From: an uncultured archaeon
Lineage (GTDB): Archaea; Asgardarchaeota; Jordiarchaeia; Jordiarchaeales; Jordiarchaeaceae
DNA: 64,000 nt
Direction of reading: 5' to 3'
NCBI GenBank assembly: GCA_964510585.1
Contig: CAZECW010000193.1
Location: 1,248-65,247, forward strand
This document shows, piece by piece, positions 50,723 through 58,919 of the stretch (within the stretch, counting starts at the first letter, position 1; each line of letters begins with the position of its first letter). Below the pieces are notes generated by a model that made no database searches, was not told the origin of the DNA, and saw only the letters and a program-made list of their open reading frames with translations. A program made the position numbers and the translations under genes.

Positions 50723-51817
50723 TTGAACTTGGAGGAGTGGAGGCTTTTAGACTTAGGTGCTCTACCTCCAATTGACACTCAAATTATTTACGAGGCAGTA
50801 GCGGTAGCCAGAAGCAAGGCTTTAGTTCCTGACACTCTGATACTCTGCTATCCCAAAAGTCCACTGGTCTGCATTGGATACCACCAAGAGCTGGAAAAAG
50901 AAGTAGATCATGCCTATTGCAAGTCTCAAGGAATACCCGTAGTTCGAAGAATCCTGGGGGGAGGAGCAGTTTACTTAGACCAAGGACAGCTCTTCTACCA
51001 GGTGATTGTGGATAAAAAAAGCCCCAAAGTTCCGGTTTCCATAAAGGACTTTTTCAGGAAGCTTTTGGAGGCGCCCACAAAAACCTATCAGGATTTAGGC
51101 ATACCTGCCCAGTACAAGCCCATAAACGACATTGAGGTAAATGGCAGAAAAATCAGTGGAAACGGGGCTGGAACAGTGGATAATGTTGTGAACATTTTGA
51201 CTGGAAACATCATTATGGACTTTAACTATGAAATGATGGTGAAGGTTCTAAAGGTTCCCAGCGAAAAGTTCCGAGACAAGGTGGCCAAAAGCCTTGAGGA
51301 GAGAATGACCACCATAAAGAGAGAACTTGGACACATAGTCCCCCTAGAAAAAATAAAATCCCTACTCATAAAAAACTATGAAGAAACCCTAAACATAAAA
51401 TTTAGAAGGGGAGCATTAACCAGCAACGAGCAGGAAATCATGAGGGATCTTAGGAAGAAATATGAATCCCAGGAATGGCTGAACCTCTCATATATGCGGC
51501 ACCCCGACTTGGTTAGGCGGGTCAAAATTTCGGGTGCCACCTCTGTTTCTGAGTCTGCCTATAAAGCTCCTGGAGGACTAATAAGAGTCACCATGATAAT
51601 CGAGGAAAACCGCATAAAGGAAATAATGTTTAGCGGAGACTTCTGGATATACCCTCAAGACAAGCTAGCTGAATTAGAGAAAAGCCTCACCATGGCCCCA
51701 ACCAACAGGGAGGAAATAACCAAAATAATTCGCTCCTTCTATGAAAAAGAAGGAATAGAAACCCCAGGAGTAACCCCAGAAGACTTCGCAACAGTAATAA
51801 ACCAAGCACTAGAATAA
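50723..51817 (+). CDS. lplA: Lipoate-protein ligase A family protein, paralogue 2
   Basis: …EEWRLLDLGALPPIDTQIIYEAV…GIPVVRRILGGGAVYLDQGQ… LplA catalytic motif. Confidence 0.8.
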   Translation: MNLEEWRLLDLGALPPIDTQIIYEAVAVARSKALVPDTLILCYPKSPLVCIGYHQELEKEVDHAYCKSQGIPVVRRILGGGAVYLDQGQLFYQVIVDKKSPKVPVSIKDFFRKLLEAPTKTYQDLGIPAQYKPINDIEVNGRKISGNGAGTVDNVVNILTGNIIMDFNYEMMVKVLKVPSEKFRDKVAKSLEERMTTIKRELGHIVPLEKIKSLLIKNYEETLNIKFRRGALTSNEQEIMRDLRKKYESQEWLNLSYMRHPDLVRRVKISGATSVSESAYKAPGGLIRVTMIIEENRIKEIMFSGDFWIYPQDKLAELEKSLTMAPTNREEITKIIRSFYEKEGIETPGVTPEDFATVINQALE

Positions 51818-52093
51818 ACATCTCCTGCCAAAACGTCTAAAACCTATCCTACAAATACGGTCGCCCTTTCTCTATTATGCCAAACTAGATTAGGATTTCT
51901 GTTTCCAAGATAAAAACTGGCAAAAGCTACCTTCCCTTAAAAAAAGGCGAGAGGAAGGAAGCAATAGGAGCAATGAAGCCAAACCAAAGCTAAGCGCTCC
52001 CACGTTTTTCCAAAATTGTTTTTTGCTTTTCAATATTTTTTTAAGTTTTGATGACACTTGCTTAACTAGCGTAGTTTAATTACGCTAAAATAA

Positions 52094-53164
52094 TGGAGGT
52101 GTAAAGGCCTGGAAGACTATAGGTTAACGAAGGCAGTAACTCTTTATGGATGATCCTGTAAATTGCCTCAAACCAAGCTTCTGAATCTCTTGGAAAAAGT
52201 GGGCGTTAAAAAGGATCCCTCAGGCAGAGTTGTAGGAGGAATCGGAGAAGACGCAGCGGTCATAAAAATTCAAAAAGATTTGGTGCTCATAGAAACTGTG
52301 GACTTCATAACCCCCAACGTTGACGACCCCTACATTCAAGGCAAAATAGCTGCTGTAAACGTTACCAATGATGTGTACAATGTAAATCATAATGATTTAC
52401 ATGCATAAGCCATAGGTGGAACCGACGTGGTGAGCTTTCTTGCAATACTGGGAATTCCTGAGAACATGCCCCTCAAGATGGCTGAGGAGATGTTACGGGG
52501 GATAAACGACTTGATAAGTGAGTTGGGCACCACAACCATTACTGGGGGACACACCATAATAAACCCTTGGCCCCTAGTGGGAGGCGTAGCCTCAGGAATA
52601 GCCCACCCAGACCAGATAGTAACTCACAAAGATGCGCAGCCCGGCGACATACTCATACTCACCAAACCCTTAGGCACACAACCCGCAATGGCTGTCTACA
52701 GAGGATTACGAGACCCCGCCGTGGCAGAACAAATCCTGAAGTTGGTTTCTCGAAAGGAAGCAGAAGAAATGGTTGAAAAAGGAATTAAATTGATGACCAC
52801 CTCAAATAAACCCGTGGCTGAGGTCATGAGGGTGGTTAAACCCCACGCTTCCACCGATGTCACAGGCTTCGGCTTACTCGGCCACACCCAGGGAATAGCG
52901 GAAAGCAGCAAAGTAGACATCACCATTCATACCCTACCCATCATTAAAGGCACCTTACAAATTTCGGATCTCTTTGGCTACGGCCTGCAATCTGGAGAAT
53001 CAGCAGAGACCGCTGGCGGCATGATTCTCTTTGTCCCAAGTGATTTAAAGGAAAATTTGGAACACGAACTTGACAGGAGATCTGTAACCCATTACGAGAT
53101 AGGAAAAACTAGTAAAGGGTCAGGAAAAGTAGACTTCAGCAAGGCAGAAATACTTGAAGTTTAA
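52094..53164 (+). CDS. selD: Selenophosphate synthetase (selenide, water dikinase), with in-frame TGA (Sec) at 52151-52153. No canonical start codon. Interrupted at 52381-52410 by a 30-bp palindromic insertion containing TAA, so possibly a pseudogene
   Basis: Frame after the TAA at 52091: WRCKGLEDYRLTKAVTLYG-[TGA]-SCKLPQTKLLNLLEKVG… matches the E. coli SelD N-terminus [25 protein letters not shown], with TGA at the Cys17 (Sec) position. Continues …DAAVIKI…LVLIETVDFITPNVDDPYIQGKIAAVNVTNDVY | NVNHNDLHA* | AIGGTDVVSFLAILG…GGHTII…PGDILILTKPLGT… (AIR-synthase-related fold). There is no ATG/GTG/TTG between the TAA and the TGA. The only candidate start is CTG at 52109, 7 nt after GGAGGTG. Confidence 0.7.
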
Positions 53165-53174
53165 AGCGGCAGTA

Positions 53175-53214
53175 ATGACCTGCAGACAAAACCCTTCATG
53201 GAGGTCTGCGGGGA
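53175..53214 (+). promoter_or_regulatory. Candidate SECIS-like RNA element (AUGA - 9-bp helix - AAAA apical loop - helix - GA), 11 nt after the selD stop
   Basis: ATGA(53175-78) CCTGCAGAC(53179-87) AAAAcccttcatggag GTCTGCGGG(53204-12) GA(53213-14). Nine consecutive pairs including one G-U. This is the eukaryote-type kink-turn quartet geometry (AUGA … GA), with unpaired A's immediately after the helix. Confidence 0.35.
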
Positions 53215-53304
53215 ACATTCCGCCTAGCAAGGTTGGTGCCGCCCCTACAAACTAATTAGTTTCCACACTGGTAGAAGCTTGAAGGAGCATTCCCCCTTCG
53301 TGGG

Positions 53305-53440
53305 TGTTGTTTTCAAATTTTTTATTCCTTTTCCGGGTCCAAACAGGCATTTTTCTGTGCTTCAAAAGCCGATTTGCGGCTTAAAACAACATTTTTCCTG
53401 CTTCCCGAAAATTTTCCACAATAGGTAGCTAGGCTGGCTG
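53305..53440. repeat. Intergenic repeat element, copy B (see 49886..50005)
   Basis: Core identity about 50/63, with similar flanks. Located ~270 nt upstream of nuoJ, comparable to copy A's distance from gcvH. Confidence 0.6.
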
Positions 53441-53658
53441 TGTCACACTTTTTTTGGGTTTTAACTTTAAAATTTTTGTTATAATAATATGCGGTTTCTG
53501 AATTTTAACGATTTTTCCAGTCACTAATCTCTTTCTGGGACCATTTTCGGCGGTCTTGGGCACGTAAGAGTTAAATATAACATTAAATCCAAACTAAAAC
53601 GTTTTAAAAACAACAAATTACGTGAGTGACGGATAATTCGATTTGAGAGGCGACTTGA

Positions 53659-53913
53659 ATGGTTGACCCTACAATTATTCACGTGGCTCTCATAGCTCTA
53701 GCAATAATTTTTGGAATAATCGCTGTGGAACTAAAAAGACTAGACCATGCAGTAATTTCATTCGCCGCGATGAATGTAGTCTTAGGGGCCCTATTCTACC
53801 TACTCTACGCTCCCTGGGTAGCAGTGTTCCAGTGGCTAATCTACGCCGGAGCCATAGTAGTTCTCTTACTAGTCACCGTAAGCCTCACCAGAGAAGCACG
53901 CGAGAGTGAGTAA
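53659..53913 (+). CDS. nuoJ: NADH-quinone oxidoreductase subunit J, N-terminal part (split nuoJ)
   Basis: …NVVLGALFYLLYAPWVAVFQWLIYAGAIVVLLLVTVSL matches the conserved NuoJ TM2-3 region (…AxFLAxVQVLVYxGAIMVLFLF…). Confidence 0.7.
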   Translation: MVDPTIIHVALIALAIIFGIIAVELKRLDHAVISFAAMNVVLGALFYLLYAPWVAVFQWLIYAGAIVVLLLVTVSLTREARESE

Positions 53914-53915
53914 AA

Positions 53916-54239
53916 ATGGTTAGTGAAACCATAATAAAAGTCACAAGAATTCTGGCAAGCATAATCCTAGCAGCATTCGTCATAGCAACAGTAATAAAAG
54001 TGTTCTGGCTAACCCCCGGAGTCTTCTACCCCTTCTACCTATCACTATTCCCACCAATGGCAAACGCCACAACGCCAACCGCCGCAGTTTGGCAAATAGC
54101 ATTCTTTGAAGGACAATACCTTTGGTCAAACAGAATCATCGACACCATGACACTAGCCATAGTGCTAGTCGCCACAGGAATTGGAGCAGCAATCATGCTC
54201 CGAGAAGAACCCGAAGAAGAGAAGGGAGTTGAAAAATAA
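53916..54239 (+). CDS. NADH-quinone oxidoreductase subunit J, C-terminal part (second ORF of split nuoJ)
   Basis: C-terminal …IIDTMTLAIVLVATGIGAAIMLRE resembles the NuoJ C-terminal helix (…LLVAxVGAIVLAR). Starts 3 nt after the previous ORF, in a different frame. Confidence 0.5.
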   Translation: MVSETIIKVTRILASIILAAFVIATVIKVFWLTPGVFYPFYLSLFPPMANATTPTAAVWQIAFFEGQYLWSNRIIDTMTLAIVLVATGIGAAIMLREEPEEEKGVEK

Positions 54240-54673
54240 TGGCGTTACCCGTATCACCTACAGTTTATTTGGTAGGCGCAGCCATACTCTACGGAGTTGG
54301 ACTATACTGCGTCACAACCAAAAGAAACGTCATAAAACTGGTAATCGGCATTGAAATACTGGTCGCAGCAGCCCACCTAAACTTCATAGCCTTTTCAGCA
54401 TACAGATGGTTCACCCAATGGGCCCTAGGCATATTCTCAGTCTTCAGCAGCATGGGAATAACCGACAACCTCACCCTGACACTACTTGGATCCTACTTCA
54501 TCACAGCCAACCTCTACACACCGCTCTACGTTGACCCCCTAGCACACGCCATAGTGATAATATCCATTGTTCTTGGAGGCTGTGTAGTAGCAATCGCCCT
54601 GTCCTTCATAGTGAACCTCTACAAGCACTACGGAACTCTAGACTCAGAAAAAATGAGAAAACTAAAATGGTAG
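54239..54673 (+). CDS. nuoK: NADH-quinone oxidoreductase subunit K (with internal insertion)
   Basis: …KRNVIKLVIGIEILVAAAHLNFIAFS… matches the NuoK core (RRNxIxxLMSIELMLNAVNLNFVAFS). Confidence 0.7.
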   Translation: MALPVSPTVYLVGAAILYGVGLYCVTTKRNVIKLVIGIEILVAAAHLNFIAFSAYRWFTQWALGIFSVFSSMGITDNLTLTLLGSYFITANLYTPLYVDPLAHAIVIISIVLGGCVVAIALSFIVNLYKHYGTLDSEKMRKLKW

Positions 54674-54682
54674 GGATGAAAA

Positions 54683-57085
54683 ATGATGATACCATATGCA
54701 CCTTGGCTTGTTTGGATAATTCCCATGTTAGGAGCAGTCCTAACACCCCTATTTAGCAAAATCCACCACAAATTCAGAGACCTATGCGCCATACTATTCG
54801 CAGGCGCAGCAGCAGTAATAGCCATAAGCATGATACCAGACATATGGGCCGGATACATAACCCTACCCCAACCACAAATACTACTGGGACTAACAGCATT
54901 CCCCACATACCCCTGGGACATAACAATACCCCTAACCACAGACTGGCACATAATCATCAAGTGGATGGCACTCATACCCTACGACTGGACCTACCTCTGG
55001 ATACCCAACATCCCCATAAACCCACCATCACAAATAGGAGTCTACCTACCCCAAGGACTATACGCAGGAGTACTAGTAGACCCACTAAGCATATTCATGG
55101 CCAACGTAACCGCATGCATAGGATTCCTAATAATGGTCTTCTCCCTAGGCTACATGCACGGAGAACCAGACCTAACACGCTACTGGTTCTTCATGAACTT
55201 CTTCATCGGCGGCATGATATTCCTAGTAATATCCGACAACCTCATCCAAATGTTCATAGGCTGGGAAATAGTTGGGCTCTGCAGCTGGGGCCTAATAGGC
55301 TTCTGGCACAAAGCCCGAGAACCAAGCCCAGTCCCCGACTACGTAACAGAGGGAGAGTACAACGCCTACTGCGGCATGAAAGCATTCATAACCACAAAAG
55401 TCGGCGACATAGCCCTACTAATAGCAATAGTAATCATATTCTTCGCCTCCGGAACCTTCAACTACGCCCAACTACAGCAAAACGCAGCAATACAACTCCT
55501 CAACCCACTAATAGGCCTCACAAGTAATGGTCTGGGTTGGGTGAGCAGCCTAGCCATAAGAGGACTACTCCCCGCAGTAGCCATACTATTCTTCGGCGGC
55601 CCAGTAGCAAAATCCGCACAGTTCCCACTAGACGTATGGTTACCAGAAGCCATGGCTGGTCCCACAACAGTCTCAGCACTCATACACGCTGCCACCATGG
55701 TAAAGGCAGGTGTATACCTAGTAGCCAGAATGCTACCCATATTCTTCGGAGTACCACACCTACTACAAACCCTAATAGTAGACCCCACACTATATACACT
55801 CTATGGCCTAACCCTCAACGCCCAACAATGGCTCCTACTCTACATAAACGTCCAAATGGGAATACAAATCTTCTTCACAACCGTTGCCATCATAGGAGGA
55901 TTCACAGCCTTCCTCACAGCCAGCATGGGCCTAGTAGCAAGCGAAATCAAAAAAGTCCTAGCCTACTCCACCATGTCACAAATTGGATACATGATGCTTG
56001 CCCTGGGAATCGCTGGAATCTCTGGAGTCACAGCCATGGGATTTCTCGCTGGTACATTCCACCTCATGGCCCACGCCATCTTCAAGGCCCTATTGTTCCT
56101 TAGCGCCGGAGCGGTTCTCCACGCTGTGGAAACTAAGAACATGTTTGAGATGGGTGGCCTAAAAACAAGGATGCCCATCACATACGCCTGCTTCCTTGTG
56201 GGTGCTCTATCCCTAGCGGGCTTTCCAGGATTTGCCGGCTTCTTCAGCAAGGAGGCAATACTCGGCGCAACACTACAAGCAAACCAACTAATTCTCTTCG
56301 CATTGGCAGGAATTGTGGTAGCAATGACCACCTTCTACACATTCCGTATGTTGGGATTAACCTTCCACGGACCAGAAAGCAAACATGTCAAAAGCTACGA
56401 GAAGGAAAAAGGGCCAGTTCACGAGGCCCCACCAGTCATGTGGACACCACTAGTAGTACTGGCTGGCGGCACAATACTAGCTGGATGGTTTGAGCCAGTT
56501 TTCAGAAAATACTTCCTAGGACCATTCACCAACTACCTGCACAGTTTCCAGGAGCTTTTCCACGTACAGCCATACCTTCTAGGCGGGCTGATTTTCAGTG
56601 AAGTCCCCTATGGCCTGTCCGAAGAGGCAACTCTACTCTTGGAGTACTGGCACTACTTTGAGATGACCAGTTACAGCGGATGGCTGGCAGAACTGGCAAG
56701 CGCTTGGCCATCAATCCTGCTTTCACTGGGACTATTCGCTCTGGGCTTCATACCTGCTTGGTACTACTACATATCCCGAAGGGGCGCCGCAGAAAGAATA
56801 ACCAGCAGCCGTTTGGGTGGAGCTATCTGGAAATTCTTGGTAAACAGGTGGTATATCAACCAGCTCTACCACATAGTTTTCGTCAAGGGATTCCTGGCGG
56901 GAATCGCTTGGCTCTACAGAAACCTGGAAGTCAAGGTTCTTGACGGATTCAACTACGCTACTGCAAAGTTGACCATAGTGGTAAGCGACAAGTTCAGAAG
57001 GACACAGACTGGAATAGCGTTCATCAATGCACTAATGATAGTTTTGGGAGTGACAATACTGGCAATAATATTTGTACTATGGTAG
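54683..57085 (+). CDS. nuoL: NADH-quinone oxidoreductase subunit L (long form, 800 aa)
   Basis: Mrp-antiporter-like core …FIGWEIVGLCSW…, …ALIHAATMVKAGVYLVARM…, …HAIFKALLFLSAG… Long amphipathic C-terminal extension typical of NuoL. Confidence 0.85.
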   Translation: MMIPYAPWLVWIIPMLGAVLTPLFSKIHHKFRDLCAILFAGAAAVIAISMIPDIWAGYITLPQPQILLGLTAFPTYPWDITIPLTTDWHIIIKWMALIPYDWTYLWIPNIPINPPSQIGVYLPQGLYAGVLVDPLSIFMANVTACIGFLIMVFSLGYMHGEPDLTRYWFFMNFFIGGMIFLVISDNLIQMFIGWEIVGLCSWGLIGFWHKAREPSPVPDYVTEGEYNAYCGMKAFITTKVGDIALLIAIVIIFFASGTFNYAQLQQNAAIQLLNPLIGLTSNGLGWVSSLAIRGLLPAVAILFFGGPVAKSAQFPLDVWLPEAMAGPTTVSALIHAATMVKAGVYLVARMLPIFFGVPHLLQTLIVDPTLYTLYGLTLNAQQWLLLYINVQMGIQIFFTTVAIIGGFTAFLTASMGLVASEIKKVLAYSTMSQIGYMMLALGIAGISGVTAMGFLAGTFHLMAHAIFKALLFLSAGAVLHAVETKNMFEMGGLKTRMPITYACFLVGALSLAGFPGFAGFFSKEAILGATLQANQLILFALAGIVVAMTTFYTFRMLGLTFHGPESKHVKSYEKEKGPVHEAPPVMWTPLVVLAGGTILAGWFEPVFRKYFLGPFTNYLHSFQELFHVQPYLLGGLIFSEVPYGLSEEATLLLEYWHYFEMTSYSGWLAELASAWPSILLSLGLFALGFIPAWYYYISRRGAAERITSSRLGGAIWKFLVNRWYINQLYHIVFVKGFLAGIAWLYRNLEVKVLDGFNYATAKLTIVVSDKFRRTQTGIAFINALMIVLGVTILAIIFVLW

Positions 57086-57097
57086 GAGGAATAAGAA

Positions 57098-58918
57098 ATG
57101 ATAAACAACATTTTAGCAAGCTACGAACTACTTGCATCAATAGCAGTACTACTAATAATGGGACCCATAGTTTACCTTATAGGAAAAAAGTCCGGCAAAG
57201 CTGCAAGATGGCTAGCCTTCCTAACCGCAGCAACATCAGCAGCACTCCTAGCACACATAGGAATAATTTTACTCGACCCCTACGCAGTATCCCTAACAGT
57301 AACAATTGACTCCACGACATGGACTTACAGCTTCATATACTCAAGCCAAATAGTGCCAACCGCCGCATTACAGTTCAATGTGCAACTCTACCCCTTCACC
57401 ACTTCCCTCAACCAAATCCCATGGATATGGAACAACTTCGACCGAGCAATAGCAGTCCCCATGTATCAGGCATACAGTGTAATACCCGACTACCCATACC
57501 TTGTACTGCTCTCCATGGATCCCCTAAGCAACATTCCAAGACTTCCTTCGCTTACCGCTGGCCTACTCGCCGACGGTTTAAGCTATCCCATAGCCATACT
57601 CATCTCGGGATTGGGCGCCGCTGTAATGTTCTTCTCCGCCTACTACATGAAGGACGTAGAGAGTCCAGGAAGCTTCTTTGGAAACATGCTATTCTTCATC
57701 GGTGGCATGATTGGAGTAGTACTGGCAACCACAGTAATAGAGTTCTTCATCTTCTGGGAAGTAATGCTAATACCATCGTACATACTGGTGAACCAGTTCG
57801 GACTGACCGAGAATAAGAGCAGAACCGCCCTCAAATACTTCCTGTGGACCACATTCGGCAGCGTAATAATGTTTGTAGGAATATTCATGATGGGCGTAAC
57901 CCTAAACACCTTCGACTTCCAACAAATGACCCTCAACCTAGCAGCAGCACAAACCGCATACGCAACCTACCTTGGCACACTCATACCCTTCGGAGCAACA
58001 TTCAACCAGTGGCTAAGCCTATTCCTAACCGGACTGGTACTCGTCATACCCGCAATACTAATCTTCATCGGCTTCGCAGTCAAAATGGCAATATTCCCAC
58101 TCCACACCTGGCTACCAGACACATATATGGAAGCACCAATGCCCGTCGTCCTACTATTAAGTGCGGCCATGACCAAAACCGCAGCCTACGGTATCGCCAG
58201 ATTCCTAGTAATCTACATGGGCCCATCACTACAAATGCTCCAAGTAAGCCTAGCAATAATCGGACTAGTAACCGCAGCTTACGGCGGAATCATGGCATTA
58301 ACACAAAACAACCTAAAGAAAATGCTAGCCTACTCATCTATGAGTCAAATGGGATATATTTTGTTCGGCTTTGCTATGGTTTCGGTGCTGGGTGTGAACG
58401 GTTCGCTTCTACATATTTTGAACCATGGTATTTGCATGGGCGTATGGTTTATGGTTGCAGCAATCATATCGAAGGCTACTGGCACCTTGGACTTCGATAA
58501 ACTTGGAGGTTTGTCTGAGAGGATGCCCGCAGTGGCCGCAATTGCTGTTATCGCTGGTTTATCAGTAGCTGGTGTTCCGCCCCTACTGGGCTTCTCCAGT
58601 GAGTGGATGATCTTTGCGGGTGGCGTGATGGCCACTCAGTACCTGCTTACAGCATTGTTAATAGTGGCTACCGCAATCACACTGGGCTACTATCTATGGG
58701 CGGTTCGTCGGATTTTCTTCGGACCACTAAAAGAGGGACTTGAGAAAGTGACTACTCCTCGAAGCCTACTGGCTCCAATTGTAGTTCTAGCAGCCTTCAT
58801 AATCGTGTTGGGCATAGCGCCAGCAATTGCCACACAGTACTTTACGCCGATAATCAACCAGATACTTGCGCCATGGTATGGATACCAACAAATACTGTAT
58901 TTATTAGGAGGCCTGTAA
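57098..58918 (+). CDS. nuoM: NADH-quinone oxidoreductase subunit M
   Basis: …FFIFWEVMLIPSYILV…, …HTWLPDTYMEAPMPVVLLLSA…, …ILNHGICMG… antiporter-like motifs. 606 aa. Confidence 0.85.
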   Translation: MINNILASYELLASIAVLLIMGPIVYLIGKKSGKAARWLAFLTAATSAALLAHIGIILLDPYAVSLTVTIDSTTWTYSFIYSSQIVPTAALQFNVQLYPFTTSLNQIPWIWNNFDRAIAVPMYQAYSVIPDYPYLVLLSMDPLSNIPRLPSLTAGLLADGLSYPIAILISGLGAAVMFFSAYYMKDVESPGSFFGNMLFFIGGMIGVVLATTVIEFFIFWEVMLIPSYILVNQFGLTENKSRTALKYFLWTTFGSVIMFVGIFMMGVTLNTFDFQQMTLNLAAAQTAYATYLGTLIPFGATFNQWLSLFLTGLVLVIPAILIFIGFAVKMAIFPLHTWLPDTYMEAPMPVVLLLSAAMTKTAAYGIARFLVIYMGPSLQMLQVSLAIIGLVTAAYGGIMALTQNNLKKMLAYSSMSQMGYILFGFAMVSVLGVNGSLLHILNHGICMGVWFMVAAIISKATGTLDFDKLGGLSERMPAVAAIAVIAGLSVAGVPPLLGFSSEWMIFAGGVMATQYLLTALLIVATAITLGYYLWAVRRIFFGPLKEGLEKVTTPRSLLAPIVVLAAFIIVLGIAPAIATQYFTPIINQILAPWYGYQQILYLLGGL

Positions 58919-58919
58919 A

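Noticed and set aside
52163-53164. Treating the two selD ORFs as two independent genes
   Set aside because: They align contiguously with a single SelD protein. The break is exactly a 30-bp palindromic insertion. The upstream frame with TGA matches the SelD N-terminus.
54784-56103. Long + strand alternative-frame ORFs (247 aa, 188 aa), rich in R/H/P
   Set aside because: They are inside nuoL in other frames. The translations are non-protein-like (poly-basic, proline-rich).
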